Below, piece after piece: positions 36,869-46,652 of a DNA stretch of 64,000 bases. The DNA is taken from NCBI GenBank assembly GCA_965204735.1, contig OZ242008.1, forward strand, positions 1,376,001 to 1,440,000. Reading direction: 5' to 3'. Under the pieces are notes generated by a model, which saw only the letters and a program-made list of their open reading frames with translations, ran no database searches and had not been told where the DNA came from. Made by a program: the position numbers and the translations under genes. Source of the DNA: Longimicrobiales bacterium (lineage in GTDB: Bacteria > Gemmatimonadota > Gemmatimonadetes > Longimicrobiales > Gaopeijiaceae). Within the stretch, counting starts at the first letter, position 1, and each line of letters opens with the position of its first letter.

Positions 36869-38223
36869 CCCTCGACGGAGCGAGCCCCGCTCCGGACGCC
36901 GTCGCGGCGGCCCCCGCGCGGCCCGGCAAGGCCGTGTCCTGTCGCGTCCAGGACCTGCGGCGGCGGGTGGGGGAAGAAGTGGCGGTGTCGGGTTGGGTGG
37001 AAGCCGTTCGGGTCCACGGCAAGGTTGCCTTCGTCGTGCTGCGGGACGGCACGGGCTTGGTCCAGGGAGTAGTCGCCAAGTCGCGCGTTCCCTCGGAAAC
37101 GTGGGCCCTCGTTTCCTCCTTGGCCCAGGAGAGCAGCGTGGTCCTCACCGGCCAAGTTCGGGCCGACGCCCGGTCGCCGGGGGGACACGAGCTGGGCGTC
37201 GCGTCGGCAGCGCTCGTCGGCGCCGCCGCCGAGTACCCGATCCAGCGCAAGGAACACGGTCCTGAGTTCCTCCTGGATCACCGGCACCTCTGGCTCCGCT
37301 CGAGCCTCCAGCGCGCCGGCTTGAAGGTTCGCGCCGAGGTCGAGCACGCCATTCACGAGTTCCTGTACGAACAGGACTTCGTCCGCATCGACACGCCCAT
37401 CCTCACGGGCGCCATCGGCGAGTCCGCCGGGGCCTTGTTCGAGACCGACTACTTCGGTCGGCGCGCCTTTCTGGCCCAGACTGGCCAACTGTACGTGGAG
37501 TGCGCCCTGCCGGCGTTCAGGAAGGTCTACTGCTTCGGTCCCACCTTCCGCGCCGAGAAGTCGAAGACGCGCCGGCACCTCGCCGAGTTCTGGATGGTGG
37601 AGCCGGAAGTCGCCTTCGCCGACTCCAACGACAACATGGCGCTTCAGGAAGCGTTGATCTGCCACGTCGCGGCCAAGGCCGTGGAGCGCTGCGCCGACGA
37701 GCTGGAGGTCCTCGGGCGCGACGTGTCCCGGCTCGAAGCGGTCGTTCCCCCGTTCCCCAGGATCAGCTACTCCGCGGCCGTCGAGCGCCTCAACGCCGAA
37801 GGACGCCGGTTCGAATGGGGGAAGGACTTCGGGGCCGGCGAGGAGACGGCGATCTCCAGCTGGTTCCACAAGCCCGTCTTCGTCCACGACTACCCGAAGC
37901 AGGCCACGGCGTTCTACATGAAGGAGAACCCGGCCGATCTCCGCACCGTCCTCTGCAACGACTTGCTGGCGCCGGAGGGATGCGGCGAGATCGTCGGCGG
38001 CAGCCAGCGCGAGGACGACCACGACCGGCTCCTCGCCCGAATTCGCCAGGAGGGTCTGCCCGAGGACGCCTACGGCTGGTATCTGGACCTCCGACGCTAC
38101 GGCACGTTCCCCCACTCGGGCTTCGGCCTGGGCGTCGAGCGCACGGTCGGGTGGATCGCGGGCCGCCCTCACATCCGCGAGCTGGTTCCGTTCCCACGCA
38201 CGCTCAACCGGCTGACGCCGTGA
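36865..38223 (+). CDS. asnS: Asparagine--tRNA ligase
   Basis: OB fold (GWV..VR..GK..F..LRDG), RHLWLR, L.QTGQLY, FGPTFRAEKSKTRRHL.EFWM.EPE, GEIVGGSQRE, WYLDLRRYG..PHSGFGLG.ER. Confidence 0.93.
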   Translation: MTLDGASPAPDAVAAAPARPGKAVSCRVQDLRRRVGEEVAVSGWVEAVRVHGKVAFVVLRDGTGLVQGVVAKSRVPSETWALVSSLAQESSVVLTGQVRADARSPGGHELGVASAALVGAAAEYPIQRKEHGPEFLLDHRHLWLRSSLQRAGLKVRAEVEHAIHEFLYEQDFVRIDTPILTGAIGESAGALFETDYFGRRAFLAQTGQLYVECALPAFRKVYCFGPTFRAEKSKTRRHLAEFWMVEPEVAFADSNDNMALQEALICHVAAKAVERCADELEVLGRDVSRLEAVVPPFPRISYSAAVERLNAEGRRFEWGKDFGAGEETAISSWFHKPVFVHDYPKQATAFYMKENPADLRTVLCNDLLAPEGCGEIVGGSQREDDHDRLLARIRQEGLPEDAYGWYLDLRRYGTFPHSGFGLGVERTVGWIAGRPHIRELVPFPRTLNRLTP

Positions 38224-38240
38224 CGCCGGGCGCCCCCCGA

Positions 38241-38278
38241 AGCGCCGCCGGCGACCTTCGACCCGTCGCCTGCGGCGC
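38241..38278 (+). terminator. GC-rich hairpin after asnS
   Basis: GCGCCGC-C-GGCGAC ... GTCGCC-T-GCGGCGC; no U-tract. Confidence 0.4.
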
Positions 38279-38355
38279 AACCCAGGGGCCCTCCCGGCAA
38301 CTCCAGCTCCCCAGGACGGCCGCGCGCCTCCGCGCCACGACCCCCCCGTAGTTCC

Positions 38356-39444
38356 GTGGCCACCCTCGTGGTCGACCTGTGCGACCGCCGCCCCATCTGG
38401 TCGCTGCCCTCGTGGGCCAAGGAACAGATTCGGGAGGCCGCCCCTGCCCACTGGAGCGTGGCGTTCATGGAGACCGAGGCGGACGGCTCCGGCGACGGAA
38501 CCCTCCGGGCCGCGCCCGAGCTGATCGAGGCCGTGGCCGACGCCCGCGTGTACATGGGCTACGGGATCCCGACCGAAGTCCTCGAGGCCGGCGAACGGCT
38601 GGAGTGGGTGCACTCCGGTGCGGCGGGGGTGGCGTCCTCGCTAGGACCGGCGATGCTCGCCCGCGACGTCCTCTTCACCAACTCCGCTGGCGTCCACGGC
38701 CCGCCGATGGCCGAGACCGTCCTGGCGATGCTCCTCTACTTTGCCCGAGGCCTGGATGTGGCCGTGCGGGCCCAGCGGGACGGACGTTGGAGCGCGCCGG
38801 CCTACTGGGCTGCGGACGCGCCGGTCGGCGAACTGCGCGGATCCACCGTGGGGACCGTCGGCTTCGGAGGGATCGGGCGCGAAGTGGCGCGCCTGGCGGC
38901 GTGCATGGGGAGCCGCGTGCTCGCCCTCCGTCGCCGAGACGGGCAGGGCGCCGGGCGGGCGGCGTCGGCAGGGTCCGGGCCCGTCGGTCCCTCCGACGGC
39001 TCGGGGCGCGAGTTCCCGCCGGTGGAGACCTTCTGCGGCGAAGAGGGGCTTGGGCGCATCCTGCGGGAGTCCGACTACTTGGTGCTGGCCGTCCCCGAGA
39101 CGGACGAGACCCGGGCCTTGATCGGCCGGAAGCGCCTCTTCGAAATGAAGCCGGGCGCGGTGCTGGTCAACGTCTCCCGCGGCGGCGTCCTGGACGAGGA
39201 AGGAGTGCTCGCCGCGCTGGACGACGGTCCCCTGCGGGGCGCCGGGCTGGACGTCTTCGCCACGGAGCCCTTGCCCGCAGGCCACCCCTTCTACGCGCAC
39301 CCGAAGGTTCTGGCGACCCCTCACGTCTCCGCCACCACGCGACGGTTCTGGGAAAGGGAAGCACGGCTGATCGTGGACAACCTGACGCGCTTCGCCCAAG
39401 GCAAGCCGCTCAGGAACCTGGTCGACAAGGAAGCGGGGTACTGA
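38356..39444 (+). CDS. D-2-hydroxyacid dehydrogenase
   Basis: WVHS..AGV, TNSAG, GFGGIG, VNVSRG, LDVF..EPL, TPHVS. Confidence 0.9.
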   Translation: MATLVVDLCDRRPIWSLPSWAKEQIREAAPAHWSVAFMETEADGSGDGTLRAAPELIEAVADARVYMGYGIPTEVLEAGERLEWVHSGAAGVASSLGPAMLARDVLFTNSAGVHGPPMAETVLAMLLYFARGLDVAVRAQRDGRWSAPAYWAADAPVGELRGSTVGTVGFGGIGREVARLAACMGSRVLALRRRDGQGAGRAASAGSGPVGPSDGSGREFPPVETFCGEEGLGRILRESDYLVLAVPETDETRALIGRKRLFEMKPGAVLVNVSRGGVLDEEGVLAALDDGPLRGAGLDVFATEPLPAGHPFYAHPKVLATPHVSATTRRFWEREARLIVDNLTRFAQGKPLRNLVDKEAGY

Positions 39445-39456
39445 TACCACTTCCCG

Positions 39457-40668
39457 ATGCGACAGGCTCGAGAGGACCTTTCCCGGGAGCGGGCGTGGGT
39501 CGAGGTGGACACGGCCGCGCTCGTTCGCAACTTCCAGCGGCTGCGCCGTTCGGTGGGGCCAAGCGTGAAGCTGATCCCCATGGTGAAGGCCGACGGCTAC
39601 GGCCTGGGCGCGGAGCGCGTCGCCAAGGCTCTTCGTGCCGAACGGCCCTTCGGCTACGGGGTCGCCGCCGTGGAGGAAGCCGCGGTCCTCAGGCGGGCGG
39701 GCGTACGGGCGCCGATCCTGGTTCACACGCCCCTGCCGCCCGGCTGCCTGGCCAGGGCGCTGGGCCTGGGAGTCGTGCCTTCGGTCTCGGACCGGGCTGG
39801 GCTGGCGGCGCTTCGGGAGCTGGCCGAGTCGGGCCGCTTCCCAGCTCCGGTCTCCTTTCAGGTCGAGGTCGACACGGGGATGGGGCGATCCGGCTTTCCG
39901 CTGTCGGGCGCGGGCGACGGCTGGTGGTCGGCGGTCCGCTCCGCCGCTTCCGGCAGCCTTCGCCTCCTCGGCGTCTTCACCCACCTCCACTCGGCGGACG
40001 AGCCCGACCTGACCAGCGCTCGCCGCCAAGTGGAGCGCTTCGAGGAGTTCGTGGGCACGGCGGAGGGAATCGGGCCCGACGCGCTGGTCCACTTCGCCAA
40101 CAGCGCCGCCTGTCTGCGGTTGCCGTCTCGGGTCGCCAACGCCGCCCGCCCGGGCATCTACCTCTACGGCGGCCGCGCCGGGACGACGAAGACGCCGCCG
40201 GAGCCGGTGGCGGCAGTGCGGGCCCGGATCGTGCTGGTGCGGGACGTGCCGCCGCACTCGACGGCGGGCTACGGAGCCGCCTACCGGGCCCGGCGCCGCG
40301 AGCGCTGGGCCACCGTCGCGATCGGCTACGGCGACGGGCTCCCCCGGGCGCTCGGCAACCGGGGCGGTGCAATCGTCGGAGGACGCCCCGCGCCGATCGT
40401 GGGCCGCATCTCCATGGACGTGACCGTGGTGCGGCTCGACGACGACGCCAAGGACCTGCGCGCGCCAAGCGCTTCCCCCGGCGATGCGGTTACCTTCATG
40501 GGCTCGGCCGGCGAAGCCGCGCTCCATCTGGACGACGTGGCGAAAGAGGCGGGCACCATCGGGTACGAGATCCTGACGGGGCTCTCGCCCAGGTTGCCCC
40601 GGGTCGCGCCGGAGTCCTGCCCAGCGCAAGGGAACCACGACGAAGCACCGCCGAAATGGAACGCCTGA
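39457..40668 (+). CDS. alr: Alanine racemase
   Basis: VKADGYG (PLP lysine), VDTGMGR.G, H.ANSAA, RPGI.LYG, GYG, GYGDG, GRISMD, GTI.YEI. Confidence 0.95.
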   Translation: MRQAREDLSRERAWVEVDTAALVRNFQRLRRSVGPSVKLIPMVKADGYGLGAERVAKALRAERPFGYGVAAVEEAAVLRRAGVRAPILVHTPLPPGCLARALGLGVVPSVSDRAGLAALRELAESGRFPAPVSFQVEVDTGMGRSGFPLSGAGDGWWSAVRSAASGSLRLLGVFTHLHSADEPDLTSARRQVERFEEFVGTAEGIGPDALVHFANSAACLRLPSRVANAARPGIYLYGGRAGTTKTPPEPVAAVRARIVLVRDVPPHSTAGYGAAYRARRRERWATVAIGYGDGLPRALGNRGGAIVGGRPAPIVGRISMDVTVVRLDDDAKDLRAPSASPGDAVTFMGSAGEAALHLDDVAKEAGTIGYEILTGLSPRLPRVAPESCPAQGNHDEAPPKWNA

Positions 40669-41102
40669 CCGAACTCGCCTTGAAGGCGATGCGCTCCGCC
40701 TACGCGCCGTACTCCCGCTTTCGGGTGGGCGCGGCAATCGAAGCCGATTCGGGAGAAGTGTTCGTCGGATGCAACGTGGAGAACGCGTCCTACGGTCTCA
40801 CAATCTGCGCCGAGCGCGCGGCCCTTGCGGCGGCGGTCGCCCAGGGCGATCGGCGGTTCCGGCGGATCGTGGTGGCGACGGAAGGGGATCGGGCCGTGGC
40901 GCCCTGCGGGGCGTGCCGGCAAGTCCTCGCCGAGTTCGGAGATCGGCTGGAGGTGCATGGCGTGGCGGGAAGCGACCGGAAGCGGTGGGTGCTCGGGGAG
41001 CTCCTCCCGGCGACGTTCGGAGCGGAGGCGCTGGCCGAGCGCGAAGGCGCGGCAGGTCCGGCCCCGCCGACCTCGCCGACCTCGCCGGAGCAGCGGCGGT
41101 GA
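40656..41102 (+). CDS. cdd: Cytidine deaminase (homotetrameric, three-Cys type)
   Basis: AYAPYS.F.VGAA, GCNVENASYGL.ICAER.A, PCGACRQ..EF, ELLP..F. Confidence 0.93.
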   Translation: MERLTELALKAMRSAYAPYSRFRVGAAIEADSGEVFVGCNVENASYGLTICAERAALAAAVAQGDRRFRRIVVATEGDRAVAPCGACRQVLAEFGDRLEVHGVAGSDRKRWVLGELLPATFGAEALAEREGAAGPAPPTSPTSPEQRR

Positions 41103-42526
41103 GCAGCGCGGCCCGCCGAGCAGGCCGCCTCCTGGTCGCCGCCGTCCTCGCGCTCCCGCGCCTCGTCGCCGCCCTCGACCGGCGACCGGGATCGCCTCGC
41201 CGGAAGTCGGGCGCGCCTCCTGCGCTGCTTGCGCCGTCCGTCGCGGCGCTTCTCCTCGGCGCCTGCCAGGAGCAGCTTCCCACCGCCAGCAGAGACGACC
41301 TGGTGCCCGCCGGCACCACGGTGGAGGTGGTCCTGCCCTTCCAGGCGTTCGGCAAGAACGCGAAGGTCTTCGGCGGCTACGGGCGGGCGTCGGACCTGGG
41401 CGGCGGATTCGTCGCCCTCGAATACGGAAGCGAGACTCCAGGCGAAGGACTCGCCGCCGCCACTCTCGCCCGCTTCGGCCGCTACCCCCAGTACGTCTCG
41501 GTGACCGACACCGCGGGAACCACCCGCCCCGACTCGTCGATCTCCTTTCTCTCGGGCCGTGTCGTGGTGCGCTTCAACGCGGACGGCAGCGTGACCCAGG
41601 GGGCCGTCGAAGTGCTGGCCCACGCCGTGACCCAGCCGTGGGACCACGGGAGTGCCGACTGGGAGCACGCGGTGGATTCCTTGAACGAAACGACGCCCTG
41701 GTTCGCGCCCGGCGGCGCAGGCGGCGAGGAGATCGGCGCCGTGATCTGGGACCCGGCCGCCGGCGACAGCGTCGAGTTCGTCGTGGATTCGGCTCGGGTC
41801 GCGGCCTGGGCGGACTCGACCGACGTCTCGAAGGGGGTTCGGTTCTCCACTACGGCTCCCGGCGTCCGCCTCCAGGTCCGGTCGGCCCGCCTGTGGCTGG
41901 ACGCCCTTCCCACGATCAACCCCGACACCCTGGTGCAGGTCCTGGCCGTCACCGAAGGCACCACGTTTATCTACGATCCGCAGCCCGCTCCCCCGGCAGC
42001 CGGGCTCCGGGTTGGCGGCGCCCCGGCTTGGCGCTCGGTCCTGGAGCTGGAGGTGCCCGCCGCCTTGGACGGGATCCCCGAGCTCTGCACGGTCGTGGCG
42101 TGTCCCGTCGCCGTCGGGGAGGGTCACGTGTCCTACGCCGGCCTCGTCCTGACCTCTCGGCAGAGCGCCCCGGCCTTCGCGCCGTCGGACACGCTCACGC
42201 TGGACGTCCGGATGGTGCTGGCGCCGGAAGTGCTCCCCAAGTCGCCCCTGGGACCCTCGACCACGGGAGTCCCCGGCGCGCTTCTGTCCCCCGAGTGGTT
42301 CAGCTTCCCCGCGGGGGCCCAGGTGGAAGTGCCCGTCACCACGTTGATCCGGGACATCTTGCGGGGCGAGACGGAGAACGGCGAGCCGGTGACGAGCACG
42401 GTGGCGCTCCTCTCCACCTTCGAGCCCGTCTCGCTGGAGTACGCTTCCTTCGAGGGGCCCGGCTCCTCGTCGCCTCCGGGTCTTCGCCTGATCCTCAGCT
42501 TCTCGCCGGGAGAGGGCGGCGGATGA
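41099..42526 (+). CDS. Putative lipoprotein
   Basis: GTG overlapping the cdd stop; lipobox-like LLLGA-C; beta-rich mature region. Confidence 0.65.
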   Translation: MSSAARRAGRLLVAAVLALPRLVAALDRRPGSPRRKSGAPPALLAPSVAALLLGACQEQLPTASRDDLVPAGTTVEVVLPFQAFGKNAKVFGGYGRASDLGGGFVALEYGSETPGEGLAAATLARFGRYPQYVSVTDTAGTTRPDSSISFLSGRVVVRFNADGSVTQGAVEVLAHAVTQPWDHGSADWEHAVDSLNETTPWFAPGGAGGEEIGAVIWDPAAGDSVEFVVDSARVAAWADSTDVSKGVRFSTTAPGVRLQVRSARLWLDALPTINPDTLVQVLAVTEGTTFIYDPQPAPPAAGLRVGGAPAWRSVLELEVPAALDGIPELCTVVACPVAVGEGHVSYAGLVLTSRQSAPAFAPSDTLTLDVRMVLAPEVLPKSPLGPSTTGVPGALLSPEWFSFPAGAQVEVPVTTLIRDILRGETENGEPVTSTVALLSTFEPVSLEYASFEGPGSSSPPGLRLILSFSPGEGGG

Positions 42527-43707
42527 CGACCTTCCCCCGCCCGGCCCGCCTCGCGACCCTTCTTGCGCTCCTGGCCGCCTCTCCGGCTCCGGCAGCCTCC
42601 CAGTCCCTCCTGGGGTTCCGCGCCCTGGGAGTCCCGGTCGGCGCCGTAGGAAGCAGGACCGCGACCGTGGGCAACCTGGGCATCGGACTCGCCGGGGTGG
42701 AAGTCTCGGCCACCGATCCGTCGGCCTCGGCCAGGGTCGCCTTCCCGACCGTCAGCGTCTCCATGCAGCCTGCTTGGGGCGAGTTCGAGCTGGAAGACCA
42801 GAGCGGCACGACCAACACGACCCGATTTCCGTTGATCGGCATCGCCTACCCGGTCGCGGCGGCCGGCGGGGCGGCGACTTTGGCGCTGGCGGGATACATG
42901 GAGCAGCGCTGGGTCGGCGAGGTGCCGAGGACGACCGTGCTGCAGGACGAGGAGGTGGAAGTGGCCGACCGCTTCGAGAGCGACGGCGGCATGTCCACGG
43001 CGCGGATCGGATGGGCGCAGCGCATCGGCAGCCGTCTGGCGGTGGGCGTGTCGGCGGGAGCCTACTTGGGACGACTGGATCGCGTCTTCGACCGCACCCT
43101 CGACTCTCTGGCGGTGGGCGAGGAAGCCGAGTCCTTCGGTCGAACGGGCTCGTGGCGCTACAGCGGCGCGACGGTTTCCGTCGGATTCAGCGCCGATCCG
43201 CATCGGCTGATTCATGTGGCCGGCGCCGTCGAATGGTCGGGGGAGCTCAAGGCCACGCCGCGCAACGACACCGACGACGAAGCCCTGACCTACTCCGTCC
43301 CCATGCGGTTCCTCGCCGGGGCCACGGGCCGTCTCACTCCGCGCCTCCACTTCAACGCGTCCCTTGCCTTCCAGGACTGGTCGCAGGCCGCCGGCTTCGA
43401 GGACGGGACCACCGCTTCGCGCAAGGTCGGCTGGGGCGCGGGGCTGGAGTGGACGGCCGTGGAGGGAGAGACGCGAAGCTTTCCCTTGCGCCTGGGGTAC
43501 CGCCGCTTGGCGCCGCCCTTCCGCTTCGCCTCGGACGATCCGCTGGAGGTCGCTTGGTCGGCGGGCATAGGGCTGAACCTGAATCAAGCCGGCGGGGTGC
43601 GGTTCGGCTGGATCGACTTGGGCGTCGAGCGGGCCGACCGGTCCAGCGCCCCTCTTGTCGAGCGCTTCTGGCGGGCGACGATCTCCGTCGGCGTCTCGCG
43701 CCTCTAG
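42523..43707 (+). CDS. Outer-membrane beta-barrel protein (FadL/PorV-like architecture)
   Basis: Signal peptide ending ASQ; alternating amphipathic strands (ARIGWAQRIG..LAVGVS.G, LRLGY, WSAGIG). Confidence 0.65.
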   Translation: MTTFPRPARLATLLALLAASPAPAASQSLLGFRALGVPVGAVGSRTATVGNLGIGLAGVEVSATDPSASARVAFPTVSVSMQPAWGEFELEDQSGTTNTTRFPLIGIAYPVAAAGGAATLALAGYMEQRWVGEVPRTTVLQDEEVEVADRFESDGGMSTARIGWAQRIGSRLAVGVSAGAYLGRLDRVFDRTLDSLAVGEEAESFGRTGSWRYSGATVSVGFSADPHRLIHVAGAVEWSGELKATPRNDTDDEALTYSVPMRFLAGATGRLTPRLHFNASLAFQDWSQAAGFEDGTTASRKVGWGAGLEWTAVEGETRSFPLRLGYRRLAPPFRFASDDPLEVAWSAGIGLNLNQAGGVRFGWIDLGVERADRSSAPLVERFWRATISVGVSRL

Positions 43708-43745
43708 CTGGGCCGACGCAGCTCCCAAGGGCGAGGCGCGCCGCC

Positions 43746-45158
43746 GTGCGAGTGCACTACAAGACGTTCGGCTGCAAGACCAACCAATACGACACGGAGC
43801 GGATGCGCCAGCTTCTGGAGACCGAGTGCGGCGCAACCGAGTCCCTGGAGCTGGAGTCCGCCGAGCTCTGCGTGGTGAACACGTGCACGGTCACCAACCG
43901 CGCAGACGTCGACGCGCGCCGGTTCGTCCGCCGGGCCGCCCGTCGCAACCCGGGCGCGCGGGTCGTGGTGGCGGGCTGCTCGGCTGCGCTCAAGGGCGCG
44001 GCGTACCGGGCGATGGACGAAGTGGCGGAAGTGGTCGAGGGACACGAGCCCGCGAAGGTGCTGGAAGCGGTGGTCGCGGCGGGAAGGGCCGGTTCGGCCG
44101 GTTCTCCAGGCTCGGTCGCTTCGGCCGACGGGTGCGGCGTCGGCGGCTCGGGCGACCGCCGGCCGCGCCGCCGCCTACCGCAGCTGGGCGTTCGCCTTCC
44201 CCTCGACCGGACTCCCTGGGAGGGCGTGGGCGCCGCTCTTCTCCGGCGGCGCGCCGGGGCCACGCGGGGCTGGCTCAAGGTCCAGGACGGATGCGACCGC
44301 AGATGCTCCTTCTGCGCCACACGCCTGGCCAGGGGCCGCAGCCGCAGCCGGGACCCGGTCACCGTGACGAAGGAGGCCCGGGTCATGGCCCGAGGCCATC
44401 CCGAGCTGGTGATCACCGGGGTCCACATCGGCCACTACGGACGGGACCTGGACCCGCGCCTGAACTTGACGGCCCTGGTCCGGCGCCTCCTGGAGGAGGT
44501 GCCCGACGTCCGCTTCCGCCTGGGCAGCATCGAAGCCACGGAGATCGACGACGAGATGGTGCGCCTCCTGGCGGAGTCCGGCGGACGCTTGGCGCCGCAC
44601 CTGCACATGCCCCTCCAAAGCGGCGCCGACGCCGTGCTCCGAACGATGCGCCGCTGGCACACCCGGGACCAGTACCGCCGCCGTGCCGCGCAGATCGCCG
44701 AAGCCGTGTCGCCGCTGGGTCTGGGAGCCGACGTGATCACGGGCTTTCCGGGCGAGACGGACGCCGAGCACGCCGAGACCCGCGCCCTGGTAGAGGAGCT
44801 CCCGTTCACCTACCTCCACGTCTTCCCCTACTCGGTCCGCGACGGCACCGTCGCCGCCGCTCTCCCGGAGCGGGTCCCCCATCGCGTCTCCAAGGAGAGA
44901 AGCGACGAGCTCCGAGCGCTCGCTGCGGAGAAGGGAGCCCGGTACGCGGAGCACCGGGGCGGAGATCCCGCCGAAGTCGTCTTGGAGGGAACCAACGGGA
45001 CGGCGGTCACGGGCGACTACCTGCGGGTGAAGGTGCTCCACCCGTCTTCGGCCGAGCCGTTGGCGCTCCATCGCGGCCGGCTCACCTCCGACGGCGCCGC
45101 CGTCCGGCTCTCGGCGCCGACGGCTTCCGCATTGACGAAACCCCGCGCGCCACTCTGA
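43746..45158 (+). CDS. mtaB: tRNA t6A37 methylthiotransferase MtaB
   Basis: TFGCK.NQYD, NTCTVT..AD, LKVQDGCDRRCSFC...ARG.SRS, TGVHIG.YG, HLH.PLQSG, HVFPYS.R.GT.A. Confidence 0.88.
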   Translation: MRVHYKTFGCKTNQYDTERMRQLLETECGATESLELESAELCVVNTCTVTNRADVDARRFVRRAARRNPGARVVVAGCSAALKGAAYRAMDEVAEVVEGHEPAKVLEAVVAAGRAGSAGSPGSVASADGCGVGGSGDRRPRRRLPQLGVRLPLDRTPWEGVGAALLRRRAGATRGWLKVQDGCDRRCSFCATRLARGRSRSRDPVTVTKEARVMARGHPELVITGVHIGHYGRDLDPRLNLTALVRRLLEEVPDVRFRLGSIEATEIDDEMVRLLAESGGRLAPHLHMPLQSGADAVLRTMRRWHTRDQYRRRAAQIAEAVSPLGLGADVITGFPGETDAEHAETRALVEELPFTYLHVFPYSVRDGTVAAALPERVPHRVSKERSDELRALAAEKGARYAEHRGGDPAEVVLEGTNGTAVTGDYLRVKVLHPSSAEPLALHRGRLTSDGAAVRLSAPTASALTKPRAPL

Positions 45159-45167
45159 TTTCATCCC

Positions 45168-46652
45168 ATGAGCACTCGGCAGAAGCGGCGGTCGAGCCGC
45201 CCAAGAGAGGCGCAGGGCCGCCCCGGCACGACGTCGAAACGGCGAAGCCGGGCCTACGTCGAGACCTACGGCTGTCAGATGAACATCTCCGACGGGGAGC
45301 TCATGGAGGGCGTTCTGGAGTCGCACGGCTACGAGATCGTGGATTCGCCCGAGTCGGCCGACGTGGTGCTGGTCAACACCTGCGCGATCCGCGAGCACGC
45401 CGAACGGCGGGTCCTCGGACGGGTCGGCCAGCTCGGCGGCTTGAAGCGTCTGCGTCCGGAGATGGTCCTGGGCGTGACCGGATGCATGGCGCAGCGCATG
45501 GGCGAGGAGCTGCTGAACTCTGCCCCGCAGGTGGACCTGGTGATGGGACCCGACGGCTACCGGACCTTGGCCGCCGCTATCCGGAAGCTCCGTCCGACCG
45601 AAGCCGAGCCACGTGCGGCGCGGGCCCAGCTCGCCGAAGGGACCGGGCCGGGGACGGTTTCCGGCGAGGCGGCGCCCTCTCGCCGTCGGGGCGCGCCCGC
45701 CTCCCGCCGCCTGTCGGTTCTCGACCTCTCCCTCGACGAGAACTACCAGGGTCTGGAGCAGCGCCGCCGCTCCGCCGTGACGGCGTGGGTGCCCATCCAG
45801 CGCGGCTGCAACCACCGGTGCACGTTTTGCATCGTCCCGTACGTGCGAGGGTCCGAAAAGAACCGCGATCCGCAACACGTGCTGGCGGAAGTCCGACGCG
45901 TTGCCGCCGGCGGCGCCACTGAAGTCACCCTTCTAGGCCAGACCGTGAACTCCTACCGCCACGGCGAGTGGTCCTTCGCGCGCCTGTTGCGGGCGGTTGC
46001 TCGAACGCCGGGGGTGCGCAGGGTCCGCTTCACCTCGCCCCACCCCCGCGACGTGACCGAAGAGCTGGTGGAGGTCATGGCGGTGGAGGAGGCGGTCTGC
46101 GAACAGCTTCACATGCCCGTCCAGTCGGGCAGCAACCGCACTCTGAAGCGCATGGTCCGCCGCTACACCGCCGAGTCCTTCCTTGAGAAGATCGACATGG
46201 TGCGCTCGGCCGTGCCGGACGTGGCCCTCTCCACGGACGTGATCGCAGCGTTCCCGGGCGAGACGGAGAGCGAGTTCGAGGAGACCCTCGACCTTATGCG
46301 GACGGTCAGGTTCGACGATGCCTTCACGTACAAGTACAGTCCTCGGGCGGGCACTCCGGCGACTCGCTTGCCGCCGGATGACTTTGTTGCGCCCGATGTC
46401 GGCCAGGACCGGCTGGAGCGGCTGATTGCCGTCGCGCGCAAAGTCCAGGCGGAGATCAACCGGGGCGAAGTGGGCCGGACGGCCGAGCTGCTGCTCGAGC
46501 GGTCGGGTCGTCGCCGGGGCACCGTGTTGGGGCGCACCCGCAGGAACAAGGCCGTGGCCGTCCCGGGCGCCCGCGCCGACTTGGGCAAGTACGTGACGGC
46601 ACGCCTCGTCAGCACCACAGGCGCCACGTTCGTGGGAGAGGTGGTCGCATGA
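45168..46652 (+). CDS. miaB: tRNA i6A37 methylthiotransferase MiaB
   Basis: ETYGCQMN..D, NTCAIRE.AE, GCMAQ, GCNHRCTFCIVPY.RG.E, LLGQ.VNSY, RFTSPHP, YSPR.GTPA, TRAM domain. Confidence 0.95.
   Translation: MSTRQKRRSSRPREAQGRPGTTSKRRSRAYVETYGCQMNISDGELMEGVLESHGYEIVDSPESADVVLVNTCAIREHAERRVLGRVGQLGGLKRLRPEMVLGVTGCMAQRMGEELLNSAPQVDLVMGPDGYRTLAAAIRKLRPTEAEPRAARAQLAEGTGPGTVSGEAAPSRRRGAPASRRLSVLDLSLDENYQGLEQRRRSAVTAWVPIQRGCNHRCTFCIVPYVRGSEKNRDPQHVLAEVRRVAAGGATEVTLLGQTVNSYRHGEWSFARLLRAVARTPGVRRVRFTSPHPRDVTEELVEVMAVEEAVCEQLHMPVQSGSNRTLKRMVRRYTAESFLEKIDMVRSAVPDVALSTDVIAAFPGETESEFEETLDLMRTVRFDDAFTYKYSPRAGTPATRLPPDDFVAPDVGQDRLERLIAVARKVQAEINRGEVGRTAELLLERSGRRRGTVLGRTRRNKAVAVPGARADLGKYVTARLVSTTGATFVGEVVA

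Noticed and set aside
34243..38223. Apparent giant N-terminal extensions on asnS (also murE, murF, purF, purB, cdd in the ORF track)
   Set aside because: The upstream parts are off-frame read-through of neighbouring genes; real starts lie at coupled stop/start overlaps. This differs from truA-htrA, where both halves are genuine domains in one frame.
43746..46652. Adjacent mtaB and miaB as a recent duplication
   Set aside because: They carry distinct subfamily motifs (NTCTVT/KVQDGC versus NTCAIRE/GCMAQ); these are ordinary ancient paralogues.
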